A DNA stretch of 64,000 nucleotides, taken from NCBI GenBank assembly GCA_041742135.1, contig JBGSJG010000004.1, positions 299,773-363,772 of the forward strand, in the 5' to 3' direction. Origin of the DNA: Patescibacteria group bacterium. Its GTDB lineage: Bacteria > Patescibacteriota > Microgenomatia > UBA8517. Positions within the stretch are counted from its first letter, which is position 1. Each line of letters begins with the position of its first letter. Shown one piece after another: positions 9,571 through 19,412 of the stretch. The translations under genes were made by a program, and so were the position numbers. The notes under the pieces are model-generated. The model was not told where the DNA came from, ran no database searches, and worked only from the letters and a program-made list of their open reading frames with translations.

Positions 9571-10535
9571 TACACTCCGCGTGTTGTCCCTCTTTTTTTA
9601 ATTAGTCCTTGGTCGGCAAGCTTTTTCAAATCATATCTTAGCGTCCGGTCGTTGACTTTAAGAAACCGTCTTTTTATCTGATCAAACTGCATAAGTTTCT
9701 GATCACGAATAAGGTTATAAATCTCGGCGCGTCTCGGCAGTAGATAATCTGTAACATCCGATTCACGTTTTGACAAAACCAACTCTTTTGATTTTTCAGC
9801 CGTGTCAGCAATTGCCGTAAGCATGAAAATTAAATAGTCGGTCGCGTCTTTTTCTGGCTCTTCCAGCATTCGGTAATATTCGCTTCTGTGGCCATCGATA
9901 TATTCTTCAAGAGGTAAGATGCCTTTCATGCCGTATCCTCCCTGAATTAATACTTTTTGAAGCAAAAGTCTACCTACGCGGCCTGAGCCATCCAGAAAGG
10001 GATGAATCTTCTCGAAAGTAAAGTGGGCCAAAGCAGCCTTTACTGGAATAAATTTTTCCTTATCACTGTTTATATATTTTATTAATCTGTTAACAAGCGC
10101 AGGGACTTGCTTTGGTGGAGGCGGCATGTAGATTGCAATCCCTGCTGAATTAAAGATTGCCTCCATATTGCGGCGCAATCTTCCAAGCGTGTCGGGCTCG
10201 ACTAGGCCTTTCATCGCAATTTCGTGAAGAGAAAGGATTTCTTTTACTGAAATATCACGAGAGCTTTTTTGGTTTAAGTAATTCAAAGCCTTCAAAACGT
10301 TCATGACTTCGAGCTTCTTTTGAGTTTCCGAGGAGCGCGCTAAGTCATCAAGAGTCAGAGGATTGCCTTCAACACGAGCTGAGAAGAGAGAGCTTTTGAG
10401 AGTGGAGTTTCTTCTGATATTATTTTCCACTTCGGGAGGGATTGGGAAAGAGTCGATTACTTGGCGGCTGGCTTCTATCGAAGACAGAAGAGTGGTGATC
10501 TCAGGGACGAGCCTATATCTAGGCGGAATAATCAT
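9555..10535 (-). CDS. Fic-domain protein with C-terminal winged HTH
   Basis: HPFLDGSGRVGR Fic motif; RTLRYDLKKL..G.I.KRG HTH tail. Confidence 0.9.
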   Translation of the reverse strand: MIIPPRYRLVPEITTLLSSIEASRQVIDSFPIPPEVENNIRRNSTLKSSLFSARVEGNPLTLDDLARSSETQKKLEVMNVLKALNYLNQKSSRDISVKEILSLHEIAMKGLVEPDTLGRLRRNMEAIFNSAGIAIYMPPPPKQVPALVNRLIKYINSDKEKFIPVKAALAHFTFEKIHPFLDGSGRVGRLLLQKVLIQGGYGMKGILPLEEYIDGHRSEYYRMLEEPEKDATDYLIFMLTAIADTAEKSKELVLSKRESDVTDYLLPRRAEIYNLIRDQKLMQFDQIKRRFLKVNDRTLRYDLKKLADQGLIKKRGTTRGVYYESA

Positions 10536-10570
10536 AAATCACTTTACCAGATATGGCCTAATTTGGCCAG

Positions 10571-11311
10571 ATGTGTCCTAATGTTACCCAATGCTATACT
10601 TTGCTTGTGAAGTATTTGTACTTTTCTAATCTTTCATCGGAGTTGCATTTAGCGCATTTTGTGGCTACTCGCGAGGCGGGCAACGTGAGTTTCTCGGTTG
10701 GTGATGATCCCAAGAAAGTATTGATTAATCGCGAAAATATCGCGAAGGATTTCGGTGTTTCGCTTGACGCCTTCACAGTCGCTGGCCTTGTGCATGGAAA
10801 CCATGTTGTAAAAGTTAGCGCAAAAACGCGAGGCCGTGGATCCACGAGCCCTCAAACGGTAATTCCCGAGACGGACGCAATGATCACAAATACCCCAGAT
10901 ATATTACTGATGGTTCCGGTTGCCGACTGTGTGCCAATTTTATTTTTTGATCCGATCAAAAAAGCCATAGGGATTGCTCATGCTGGCTGGCGAGGAACAC
11001 TCAAGGAGATTGCTAAGGCAACCGTTAACAAGCTTCACCAAGAATTTAACTGCAACGCGAGTGACATTAAAGTTGGGATAGGCCCGGCAATATGCGTGAG
11101 ACATTACGAGGTTGATGAGGCAGTTTTGCCGGGCGCTCGAGGCAATTTTGATCTGGTTGCCGCCAACAAAATTCAACTTCTAGACACTGGAGTAAAGCCG
11201 CAAAATATTGAAATCATGCCCTACTGCACTTTTGAGCGTACGGATCTTTTTTACTCTCATAGGGCGGAAAAATCTACTGGCCGCTTCGCCACTGGTATAA
11301 TACTTCTGTAG
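10571..11311 (+). CDS. pgeF: PgeF/YfiH family purine nucleoside phosphorylase-like protein
   Basis: VHG, ADCVP, HAGWRG, GPAI, FYSHR motifs; start uncertain. Confidence 0.9.
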   Translation: MCPNVTQCYTLLVKYLYFSNLSSELHLAHFVATREAGNVSFSVGDDPKKVLINRENIAKDFGVSLDAFTVAGLVHGNHVVKVSAKTRGRGSTSPQTVIPETDAMITNTPDILLMVPVADCVPILFFDPIKKAIGIAHAGWRGTLKEIAKATVNKLHQEFNCNASDIKVGIGPAICVRHYEVDEAVLPGARGNFDLVAANKIQLLDTGVKPQNIEIMPYCTFERTDLFYSHRAEKSTGRFATGIILL

Positions 11312-11312
11312 G

Positions 11313-11912
11313 ATGAGAAAACATCCAATCCTGTTTTTGCTGGGTTTTGCAGCTGGCTATTTGCCGGTTCTTTTTTTGTTGTCGCGTGCTAGCTCCAGCC
11401 CTGCGACTGTGTTGGCGGATGAGCCGGCACCTGAAATTATAAGTGTGACACTTGAAACTCACGCGCCCGAGGAAACTGTGGAGCCAGTAGTTTTAGCGGT
11501 AGCCGAGGAGGCGACAACTCCTAGACCGACAGAGTCTCCCACACCTGCACCTCCCACACCTGCACCTTCCACGCCGTCGCCTACAGCTTCACCAGAACCG
11601 ACGCCAACTCCAGACGTCTGGTCGCCTCCGGCGATCGAGCCGATATTTGCCAACTATGCTGGAATGTATAGCGTAGATAAAAATATTTTAGAGCGACTTG
11701 CGAACTGTGAAAGCCATTTTAACGAAAATGCTCAAAATGGCGATTATCTTGGAATGTTTCAATTTTCCACTTCAACTTGGATGAGTTATAGAATGCGCAT
11801 GGGCCTAGACGCAAATCCTGATTTACGCACAAATATCGAAGAATCCATCAAAACTGCGGCATATGTCATTCAGCAACAAGGCGTTTCTCCTTGGCCGAGC
11901 TGCCTAAGGTAG
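11313..11912 (+). CDS. Lysozyme-like/lytic transglycosylase protein with Pro/Thr linker
   Basis: CES catalytic motif, GMFQF..STW, PWPSC C-terminus. Confidence 0.8.
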   Translation: MRKHPILFLLGFAAGYLPVLFLLSRASSSPATVLADEPAPEIISVTLETHAPEETVEPVVLAVAEEATTPRPTESPTPAPPTPAPSTPSPTASPEPTPTPDVWSPPAIEPIFANYAGMYSVDKNILERLANCESHFNENAQNGDYLGMFQFSTSTWMSYRMRMGLDANPDLRTNIEESIKTAAYVIQQQGVSPWPSCLR

Positions 11913-11981
11913 CTAATTCATGGCTAATTTGGTAAAATAGTTCTTCCAGGAAGCCTCCTTGAGGTTTTTTTGGCCTAAATT

Positions 11982-13784
11982 ATGGAAAAAAGCATACGTA
12001 ACGTTGCAGTTATTGCTCACGTTGATCATGGTAAAACAACTTTGGTGGATGCGATTCTTAAGCAATCGCATGTTTTTCGTGAGAATCAGGAAGAAATGCA
12101 GCAAACCCAGATCATGGATAAGAATGAACTGGAGCGCGAGCGTGGAATTACCATTTTGGCCAAAAATTGTGCCATCGATTTTGGTGATGTAAAAATTAAT
12201 ATTATTGACACTCCCGGTCACGCTGATTTTTCAGGTGAAGTTGAGCGAACTCTTGGTATGGCGGATGGGGCGCTTCTTATTGTTGACGCTCAAGAAGGCC
12301 CAATGCCTCAGACAAGGTTTGTGCTTAAAAAAGCACTTGAGCTGGGCCTCAAAATTATTGTCGTTATAAATAAAATTGATAAAAAATTTGCAGACCCAAT
12401 TGCAACGCTTAGCAAAGTGGAAACTTTGTTTTTAGAGCTGGCAAGCTTTGAAGCACAGCTTGATTTTCCGGTTGTTTACGCTATTGGGAGGCGCGGTGTG
12501 GCTTTCCATGAGCTTCCGAGTGATCCAGAGGCAGCTGGGGACATTTTGCCACTTCTTACAACTATCGTAAAAGAAGTTCCGGAAGCCGAAGTTTTGGAAG
12601 GTAGTTTTAAAATGGTTGTAAGCTCGATTGAGAGCGATGCACATTTAGGCCGTATTTTGATTGGAAAAGTTCACCAAGGCGTAGTAAAGCGAGGAATGAA
12701 AGTTGTCGTTGCTCATGAGCAAATGCGTGTTCTAACGATTGAGAAATTGTTTGTGTACCACGGGCTTGGCAAAGAGGAAGTGGCAGAGGCAGGAAGCGGC
12801 GAGATTGTGGCTTTTTCTGGGGTTGAGGCAAAAATCGGAGATACAATAGCTGATCCAGCGGACTCGGAAGCTCTCCCGGCTATAGCAATTGGTGAGCCAA
12901 CACTTCATATGACAATCGGACCAAATACTTCGCCTTTTGCTGGCCGTGAAGGCAAGTTTGTAAACGGCAGGCAAATCGAAGAGAGGCTTACGCACGAGCT
13001 TGAAAGTAACTTAAGCATGCGAATGGAAAAGTTGGGAAATGGAAAGTATAAAGTTTCCGGTCGTGGCGAGCTCCACCTTTCGATCCTTCTTGAAACGATG
13101 CGCCGCGAAGGCTATGAAATGGAAGTTGGCAAGCCAGAAGTCATAACAAAAGTTATCGATGGTGAAACCTGCGAGCCTTGGGAAGAAGTTTCTGTGATTG
13201 TGCCGGCTGAGTTTACCGGAGTAATTACCGAGGAATTCGGTAAAAGGTATGCCAAGATGGTTCGAATGGAACCAGTAAATGAAGACGTGGAGTTTATTTA
13301 TCACATGCCAACCCGTGCTCTCATAGGGCTTCGCAGTTATTTATTAACAGCTACGAAAGGAACTGTCGTCATGAGTTCTGTGTTTTTGGCGTTTGAGCCG
13401 ATGGGTAAGCCTCTTCCAAAAATTCGGAGGGGAGTGCTTATTGCTAGCCAAAGTGGTGAAGCGCTGTCGTATGGCTTGGAAAATGCTCAAGGACGGGGAG
13501 TGTTGTTTGTGGGCCCCGCAGAGGCCGTTTATGAAGGCATGGTAGTAGGTGCCAACTCTAAAGACGAAGATATTCCAGTAAACGTTTGTAAAGGTAAAAA
13601 ATTGACGAATATGCGCTCAAAAAGCTCTGACGGCGTAGTACAGTTAACTCCGCCCACCAAGCTTTCTTTGGAGCAATCTCTGGATTTCTTGGAGAATGAT
13701 GAGCTTTTGGAAATTACGCCTCTTAATACGCGTCTTCGCAAAAAGTTTTTAAGTGAACTTGAGCGCAAAAGACACAGAGCGTGA
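11982..13784 (+). CDS. typA: Translational GTPase TypA/BipA
   Basis: AHVDHGKTT, RGITI, DTPGHADF, GRGELHL, KKLTNMR. Confidence 0.97.
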   Translation: MEKSIRNVAVIAHVDHGKTTLVDAILKQSHVFRENQEEMQQTQIMDKNELERERGITILAKNCAIDFGDVKINIIDTPGHADFSGEVERTLGMADGALLIVDAQEGPMPQTRFVLKKALELGLKIIVVINKIDKKFADPIATLSKVETLFLELASFEAQLDFPVVYAIGRRGVAFHELPSDPEAAGDILPLLTTIVKEVPEAEVLEGSFKMVVSSIESDAHLGRILIGKVHQGVVKRGMKVVVAHEQMRVLTIEKLFVYHGLGKEEVAEAGSGEIVAFSGVEAKIGDTIADPADSEALPAIAIGEPTLHMTIGPNTSPFAGREGKFVNGRQIEERLTHELESNLSMRMEKLGNGKYKVSGRGELHLSILLETMRREGYEMEVGKPEVITKVIDGETCEPWEEVSVIVPAEFTGVITEEFGKRYAKMVRMEPVNEDVEFIYHMPTRALIGLRSYLLTATKGTVVMSSVFLAFEPMGKPLPKIRRGVLIASQSGEALSYGLENAQGRGVLFVGPAEAVYEGMVVGANSKDEDIPVNVCKGKKLTNMRSKSSDGVVQLTPPTKLSLEQSLDFLENDELLEITPLNTRLRKKFLSELERKRHRA

Positions 13785-14884
13785 ACAAAAAAATAATCGC
13801 AGCAATTTTTCTGTTAGTCACCGTTATTGTTTCTGCTGTCTTGCTTTTGCTAAACAAGCCTCGACCTGCTCTTGAAACCAAATTTGCCCCTGCCAGCTCA
13901 TCTGTGCCAATTGCGTCAGCTACGCAGGGCATTGGATACAAAAATCCGCCTGAAAGCGTAAACTTGGGTTCACTCAACCACACTTATCAAACATTTAATA
14001 ACTGCGGACCCGCAACGCTTTCTATGGCTTTAGGGTGGCTTGGGAAAAACGTTTCTCAAAAAGAATTGGGAGATAAAATGCGCCCGTGGCAGGTTGAAGA
14101 TGGTGATAACGACGACAAATCAATTTTCACCAGCGAGTTCGTGGATTGGGCGCATGAGTATGGTTTTGAGGCTCTTGCCCGCCCGAACGGGGACATTGAA
14201 ACTTTGAAGCGCTTTACGGCCAACGGCATTCCGGTTGTTGTTAAAACGTATTTGCATTTAAATGATGACATTGGCCACTTCCGAATCGTCAAAGGTTTCG
14301 ATGAGCGCGAGCAAGTAATCATTCAAGACGACTCGTTTGAAGGGCCTAATCGCCGCATCTCGTACTTCGATTTTTTGAGTCTTTGGCAGCCATTTCATTA
14401 CGTTTACATTATTGTTTACACTCCGGAACAATCAGAACTTGTGAACGCGATCTTGGCCGAGGCGGCCATTGAGGAAAATTCTTGGGAAAGCTTAATTACG
14501 CGTTCCAAAAAAGAGGCGCAGCTTACTCCAGATAGCGTATATCCAATTTTCAATATCGCAGTAGCAAGCTATTATCTTGGAGATTATGAAAAGACGGTGG
14601 AGTCTTTCGAGAAAGTAGAAGGACGCCTTCCCAAAAGAATGCTTTGGTATCAGCTTGAGCCTTTATTGGCTTACCAAAAACTTGGGCAACACGACAAGAT
14701 ATTTAGCATTTCGGAGAAGATTTTAAATGGCGGCAATAGAGCGTATTCTGAGCTTTATCAAATTAGAGGAGAGATATATTTGGCACAGGGAAACCGAGAC
14801 GCCGCAAGGGAAGAATATCAGAAGGCTGTGAGCTATAATGTTAATTACGAAGCAGCAAAAACTGCTCTTCGTGATTTACAATGA
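13781..14884 (+). CDS. C39-like cysteine peptidase with TPR repeats
   Basis: QTFNNCGPA, GHFR..., C-terminal TPR-like helices, N-terminal TM. Confidence 0.8.
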   Translation: MNKKIIAAIFLLVTVIVSAVLLLLNKPRPALETKFAPASSSVPIASATQGIGYKNPPESVNLGSLNHTYQTFNNCGPATLSMALGWLGKNVSQKELGDKMRPWQVEDGDNDDKSIFTSEFVDWAHEYGFEALARPNGDIETLKRFTANGIPVVVKTYLHLNDDIGHFRIVKGFDEREQVIIQDDSFEGPNRRISYFDFLSLWQPFHYVYIIVYTPEQSELVNAILAEAAIEENSWESLITRSKKEAQLTPDSVYPIFNIAVASYYLGDYEKTVESFEKVEGRLPKRMLWYQLEPLLAYQKLGQHDKIFSISEKILNGGNRAYSELYQIRGEIYLAQGNRDAAREEYQKAVSYNVNYEAAKTALRDLQ

Positions 14885-16599
14885 AAAAGCTAATTTTAGG
14901 AGTTTTATTTTTACTAGTTTTTGCCTTCCCCAGCAGAGCTTCAGCCCAGGTGGCTCCTTATGTGATCGATGATTTTAGCTCGGAAATTACAATTAACCAA
15001 GACAGCTCAGTAACAGTCAAAGAAACAATAGACGTTACATTTAATCAAAACCGCCACGGAATTTATCGAGATATTCCGGTTGTTTATCACACCCAAGAGA
15101 AAACTATAAATTCAAAACTACGTGTTATCTCGGTCAACGAAGAGTATGAAACAAGCCGTGAGGGTGACTATATTCGAATCAAAATTGGCGATCCTGATGA
15201 ATATGTTTTGGGTAAAAAGACTTACGAGATTGTTTACAGAGCAAGAAACATAATTCAAAGATTTGAGGACCACGACGAGCTTTATTGGAATGTGGCCGGA
15301 GATGGATGGGACACTTCGCTGGGCTCAGTAGAAGCTTCGGTAATCTCGGACTTTGCAAGCATTTCCAATATCCAATGCTTTGAGGGACAAGTCGGAGTAA
15401 CCACAAAGTGTGAAGAGCTTAGCCACGACGCCAAGAGCGCCAATTTTACAGCGGGAACAAATCTTGGTATGGGTCGAGATATGACCATTGTTGTTGCACT
15501 TGACCGCAATAATTCAATCAACTTTGGTGCCACTTTATCCGACCAAATCAGTGACTATTGGGGGTATCCAGTAGTTTTTGTACCATTTCTTTTGATGTTT
15601 TACTTTTGGTACAAAAAGGGCCGAGACGAGCGGCTGGTTGGCGATAACATTTACTACGAGCCAGACAAAAAGCAAACCGAGACAACTCCAATGTTTAACA
15701 AAAGAGAATTTTTACCGATGGTTTATTCACCAATTGCTGGTCTCACACCTTCGGAAGTCGGCACTTTGATTGACGAGCGAGTTGATATCCACGACGTTGT
15801 CGCTGAAATTGTGGAATTGGGAAGACTAGGCTACCTAAAAATTGAAAAAATAAACAAGAAACTAGCTAAAGACGATTATCTAATTAAAAGATTAAAAGAA
15901 GATAGCGGAAAGCTTCGTGAATATCAGAAGTATCTTTTTGAGTCGATTTTTGAGTATGGGGAAAACGGCGAGGTAAAGCTATCGGAGCTGAAAAAGAAGT
16001 TTTACACCAAGCTTGAAAAATTCAAAAATAAGCTTTATGCACACGTTGCGTCGGAAGGCTTTTTCTTTGCAGACCCGAATCGCGTGAGGGCTTTGTGGAT
16101 CGTGTCGGCAATAGCCATAGAGGCGGTGACGTTTGGGTTGGCAATATTGTTTTTCACTCAAAATTACGATTTTTTGCCGATAATAATAAATTCGGTTTTG
16201 GCAATTCCAGCTGTTATTCTGGCCTTCGGCATGCCTCGCAAAACCGCTAAAGGGTATGCGATGTACAGGCAAAGCGAAGGGCTAAAGTTTTATTTAGGCA
16301 AAGGCAAGTGGCGAGAGGAAATAAAAGAGAAGCAACTTTTCTTGGATGAAATTTTGCCATTGGCAATTGCACTTGGAGTTGTCAACAAATTGGCTCGCGA
16401 CATGCAGGAGCTAGGTGTGAAAGAGCCAAGCTATATGAGTATGGGCGGGTTGGCTTGGGCAAGCTCGATTAATAGTTTTAACTCAGCCGCAGCAACCACC
16501 ATGGCTCCTCCAAGCTCTTCTGGTGGGTACTCGGGAGGATCTGGGTTTTCAGGCGGAAGCGGCGGTGGTTTTGGTGGCGGCGGTGGTGGAAGCTGGTAG
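14881..16599 (+). CDS. DUF2207 family membrane protein
   Basis: RHGIYRDIP, ELYWN, PLAIALGV, Gly-rich GGGGGSW end. Confidence 0.88.
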   Translation: MKKLILGVLFLLVFAFPSRASAQVAPYVIDDFSSEITINQDSSVTVKETIDVTFNQNRHGIYRDIPVVYHTQEKTINSKLRVISVNEEYETSREGDYIRIKIGDPDEYVLGKKTYEIVYRARNIIQRFEDHDELYWNVAGDGWDTSLGSVEASVISDFASISNIQCFEGQVGVTTKCEELSHDAKSANFTAGTNLGMGRDMTIVVALDRNNSINFGATLSDQISDYWGYPVVFVPFLLMFYFWYKKGRDERLVGDNIYYEPDKKQTETTPMFNKREFLPMVYSPIAGLTPSEVGTLIDERVDIHDVVAEIVELGRLGYLKIEKINKKLAKDDYLIKRLKEDSGKLREYQKYLFESIFEYGENGEVKLSELKKKFYTKLEKFKNKLYAHVASEGFFFADPNRVRALWIVSAIAIEAVTFGLAILFFTQNYDFLPIIINSVLAIPAVILAFGMPRKTAKGYAMYRQSEGLKFYLGKGKWREEIKEKQLFLDEILPLAIALGVVNKLARDMQELGVKEPSYMSMGGLAWASSINSFNSAAATTMAPPSSSGGYSGGSGFSGGSGGGFGGGGGGSW

Positions 16600-16612
16600 T
16601 ATATAATTGCCC

Positions 16613-17701
16613 ATGGCCCAGACGATAAAGTGTAAAGAATGTGGTGCTGAGATTGAGGTTTCTGAAGCCCTGACACACCAGCTCGAAGAGCAAATAAAAG
16701 CCTCGGTTGAAGCTAAAAACAAAAATCTTCTTGATGAATACAAAGCCGAGGTTGAGAAAAAAGCTGCACGCGACATTGTTGATGAAAAAGCGCGAAACGC
16801 AAAACTAGCCAAACAGGTAGATGATCTTCTGGACGAAATTCGCGCGCTCCGAAGACGCGATGAAGAGCGCGAGATTGAAATGAAGAAAAAGCTTTTTGAT
16901 GAAGAAGAAAAAATAAGACTTGAAGCGGCGAAGCGCTACGAAGAAGAGCACAAGCTGAAAGATCTTGAAAAAGATAAAAAAATTAATGATCTTCGGGAGG
17001 CTTTGGAAGCTGCTCAGAAAAAGGCCACACAAGGCTCACAGCAAACTCAAGGTGAATCGCTTGAGCTTGAGCTTGAAGAGAGGCTTCGCGCGGAGTTTCC
17101 GATGGATGAAATTTCGGAAGTTAAAAAAGGTGTGCGCGGAGCTGATATTGTTCAAGCCGTTCGCGACAAATATGGCAGAAGCTGCGGCACTATTTTGTGG
17201 GAAAGCAAAAACGCGAAGTGGTCGCACACATGGATTTCAAAACTAAAAGAAGACAAGATGCAAGCGAAGGCAGATATCGCGGCTCTTATTACGGTTGATC
17301 TGCCGGAGGGCTTGGAGACATTTAAATATGACGACCGCGGGGTTTGGATTGTAGATTGGAGACATTTTATTTCATTGGCATTTGCCCTGAGATACAACCT
17401 AGTAGTACTTAACAACGAGAGGACAAAGCAAGATGGCAAAGACGAGAAAATGGAAGTAATGTACAACTATCTTACAGGTAACGAGTTTAGAGATAAAGTT
17501 GAGGGGATAATCGAGTCGTACGATTTATTGCGTGAAGACATAGAAAGGGAGAAAAGATGGTATCAGGCAAAATGGTCGAGGCAAGAAAAAATTATCGGAA
17601 AAATAATTGGCAACACCTCATCGATGTATGGAGACTTGAAGGGGGTAATTGGCCATGATCTACCTCAAATCAAAACTTTGGAATTGCCTGAACCAGAATA
17701 A
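16613..17701 (+). CDS. DUF2130 family coiled-coil protein
   Basis: IKCxxCG start, GSQQTQGESLE, GAD, ILWESK motifs. Confidence 0.85.
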   Translation: MAQTIKCKECGAEIEVSEALTHQLEEQIKASVEAKNKNLLDEYKAEVEKKAARDIVDEKARNAKLAKQVDDLLDEIRALRRRDEEREIEMKKKLFDEEEKIRLEAAKRYEEEHKLKDLEKDKKINDLREALEAAQKKATQGSQQTQGESLELELEERLRAEFPMDEISEVKKGVRGADIVQAVRDKYGRSCGTILWESKNAKWSHTWISKLKEDKMQAKADIAALITVDLPEGLETFKYDDRGVWIVDWRHFISLAFALRYNLVVLNNERTKQDGKDEKMEVMYNYLTGNEFRDKVEGIIESYDLLREDIEREKRWYQAKWSRQEKIIGKIIGNTSSMYGDLKGVIGHDLPQIKTLELPEPE

Positions 17702-17705
17702 GTAT

Positions 17706-17734
17706 TTGCAAATAATTCACGGTGGGATTACAAT
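17706..17734 (+). promoter_or_regulatory. Sigma70-type promoter TTGCAA-N17-TACAAT, 6 nt before ATG (leaderless candidate)
   Basis: Read directly; inverted repeat GGGATT-AC-AATCCC (17724-17737) overlaps the -10. Confidence 0.6.
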
Positions 17735-17740
17735 CCCGGT

Positions 17741-18145
17741 ATGTCAGCCGAGAATATTCATGGGATACCAGGTTTATCTGATATCAGGATGACAACTGTG
17801 GGTATCAGAGATGAATTTCCAGTCGCTGAAGTTAACATTTCTCTTTTTGGAGCTAATCGTACGAAACCGCACTTGAGATTTCTCTCAGAACAAGTAGCCG
17901 GAAAAATTTGCGCATCGTGCCCTTTAAATTCACTCCAAGGCTTTCAAGTAGGTGACAAAAAGCTAACATGCGGTGGTGTTACTTTTGGAGTAGTTCAGGA
18001 TAGACGGGAAAGCTCACAGCCTGAAGCTTTTGTTATATCAGGAGAACCTATGGGTGAGCAAGAGTGGCGTGATTTGTGTGCAGCTAGAAGCTTTCCATGT
18101 GAACCAAGGGCAACCTTCAATCCGGAAGATTACCGAAGAGGATAA
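17741..18145 (+). CDS. Hypothetical Cys-containing orphan protein
   Basis: Own promoter; CxxC plus further Cys. Confidence 0.6.
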   Translation: MSAENIHGIPGLSDIRMTTVGIRDEFPVAEVNISLFGANRTKPHLRFLSEQVAGKICASCPLNSLQGFQVGDKKLTCGGVTFGVVQDRRESSQPEAFVISGEPMGEQEWRDLCAARSFPCEPRATFNPEDYRRG

Positions 18146-18146
18146 C

Positions 18147-18962
18147 TTAATAATCAAACTCTTGCCAGTCAGTGACAAGAAGCCTGTCAGATTGTGGAAT
18201 GGCATTCATCTTATCAATATCTTGCGGCTCCATTTGCCAATTCAATGAATTAAAGTTGTCTTTGATGCGCTCTGGCGTCTTGCTTTTAGGAATTGCTACG
18301 ATCCCGCGACTAACAATCCAGTTTAAAATTACCTGAGCAGGGGAGACCCCGTATTTTTGGGACAATTCTACAACTGTCGGGTTTTGTAGCTCCGCGCCGC
18401 GGCCAAGAGGCGAGTACGCAGTGACTAAAATATTTTTTGAATCACAATAATTTTTAAGTTCCATCTGATTAAAAGATGGATGAAGCTCGACTTGGTTATT
18501 TACGATTTGGCAGCCTTTTGCCATCACGTCTTCAATATGGTGAATTGTAAAATTCGAAACACCGTAAGCGCGAATTGTTCCTTTTGCTTGAAGTTCCGCC
18601 ATTGCACTAAAAGTTTCATCAATTGAAATTAAATGGTTTGGCCAATGAACCAACAAAAGATCAATGTAGGGGATTTGAAGCTCACTTAAAAATCGGTCTA
18701 CACTTTCTAAAACCTTGGGATGCTCCAAATCACTGTGCCACACTTTAGTGGTGATAAAAAGCTCCTCGCGGGCTATTCCACTATTTTTAATGGCTTGCCC
18801 CACCTCGTGGTGATTGCCATATCTATCCGCTGTGTCGATGTGGCGATAGCCAATTTCAAGAGCGCTTGCTACTCCAATTGAGCAGTCCGCCCCAGTAAGT
18901 TCCCAAGTTCCAAAGCCCAAAGCTGGAATGTTCACGCCATCAGTTAATCTAAACGTTTTCAT
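18147..18962 (-). CDS. Aldo/keto reductase
   Basis: LGFGTW, GYRHIDTA..Y, TTKVW, LVHWP, GVSNF, AYSPL, IPKS. Confidence 0.95.
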   Translation of the reverse strand: MKTFRLTDGVNIPALGFGTWELTGADCSIGVASALEIGYRHIDTADRYGNHHEVGQAIKNSGIAREELFITTKVWHSDLEHPKVLESVDRFLSELQIPYIDLLLVHWPNHLISIDETFSAMAELQAKGTIRAYGVSNFTIHHIEDVMAKGCQIVNNQVELHPSFNQMELKNYCDSKNILVTAYSPLGRGAELQNPTVVELSQKYGVSPAQVILNWIVSRGIVAIPKSKTPERIKDNFNSLNWQMEPQDIDKMNAIPQSDRLLVTDWQEFDY

Positions 18963-19037
18963 TAATGGCCAGTGTAGCAGAAAGCTCAATCTAGGGTCAA
19001 ATGGCTTATTTACCCATAAATATGAGATAATTGCGGT

Positions 19038-19412
19038 ATGAGTTTAGAGCGGCTGGGTGCAACTGTTGATTGGAGCGAAATACACAACCGCCTTGGATGT
19101 GTTAGAGGGTGGGGGGATTCGTGTGTATTGGTCGCCACCACGGTCATGGATTATCTGGAACAAGATTTGGGTGTTCCCAGAACAGAATTAACACTAAAGT
19201 CGGTCCGAACTGGTGAAGATGGGTGGTTTGCTCACGTTTGGGTTGAATGCGGACAAGAGATAATTGACCCCGAAGATTATCAAAAATTATATTCTGACTT
19301 ATACCCCAAGGGTACCATCGATGCTGAATTTGCCCGTGAATACGATAAGCTGAAACAGCTAGGTTTGCATAGCTTGATTCTGGAAAGAGGTGCTCAAGCC
19401 GCCTGTTTGTAG
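19038..19412 (+). CDS. Small hypothetical protein, possible transglutaminase/papain-like fold
   Basis: GDSC...HVWVE...IIDP pattern. Confidence 0.55.
   Translation: MSLERLGATVDWSEIHNRLGCVRGWGDSCVLVATTVMDYLEQDLGVPRTELTLKSVRTGEDGWFAHVWVECGQEIIDPEDYQKLYSDLYPKGTIDAEFAREYDKLKQLGLHSLILERGAQAACL

Noticed and set aside
11510-11615. CCCACACCTGCACCT short tandem repeat
   Set aside because: It encodes a Pro/Thr linker; it is not CRISPR or a regulatory array.
16500-16599. GGC/GGT-rich low-complexity tract
   Set aside because: It is the normal Gly-rich tail of DUF2207 proteins.
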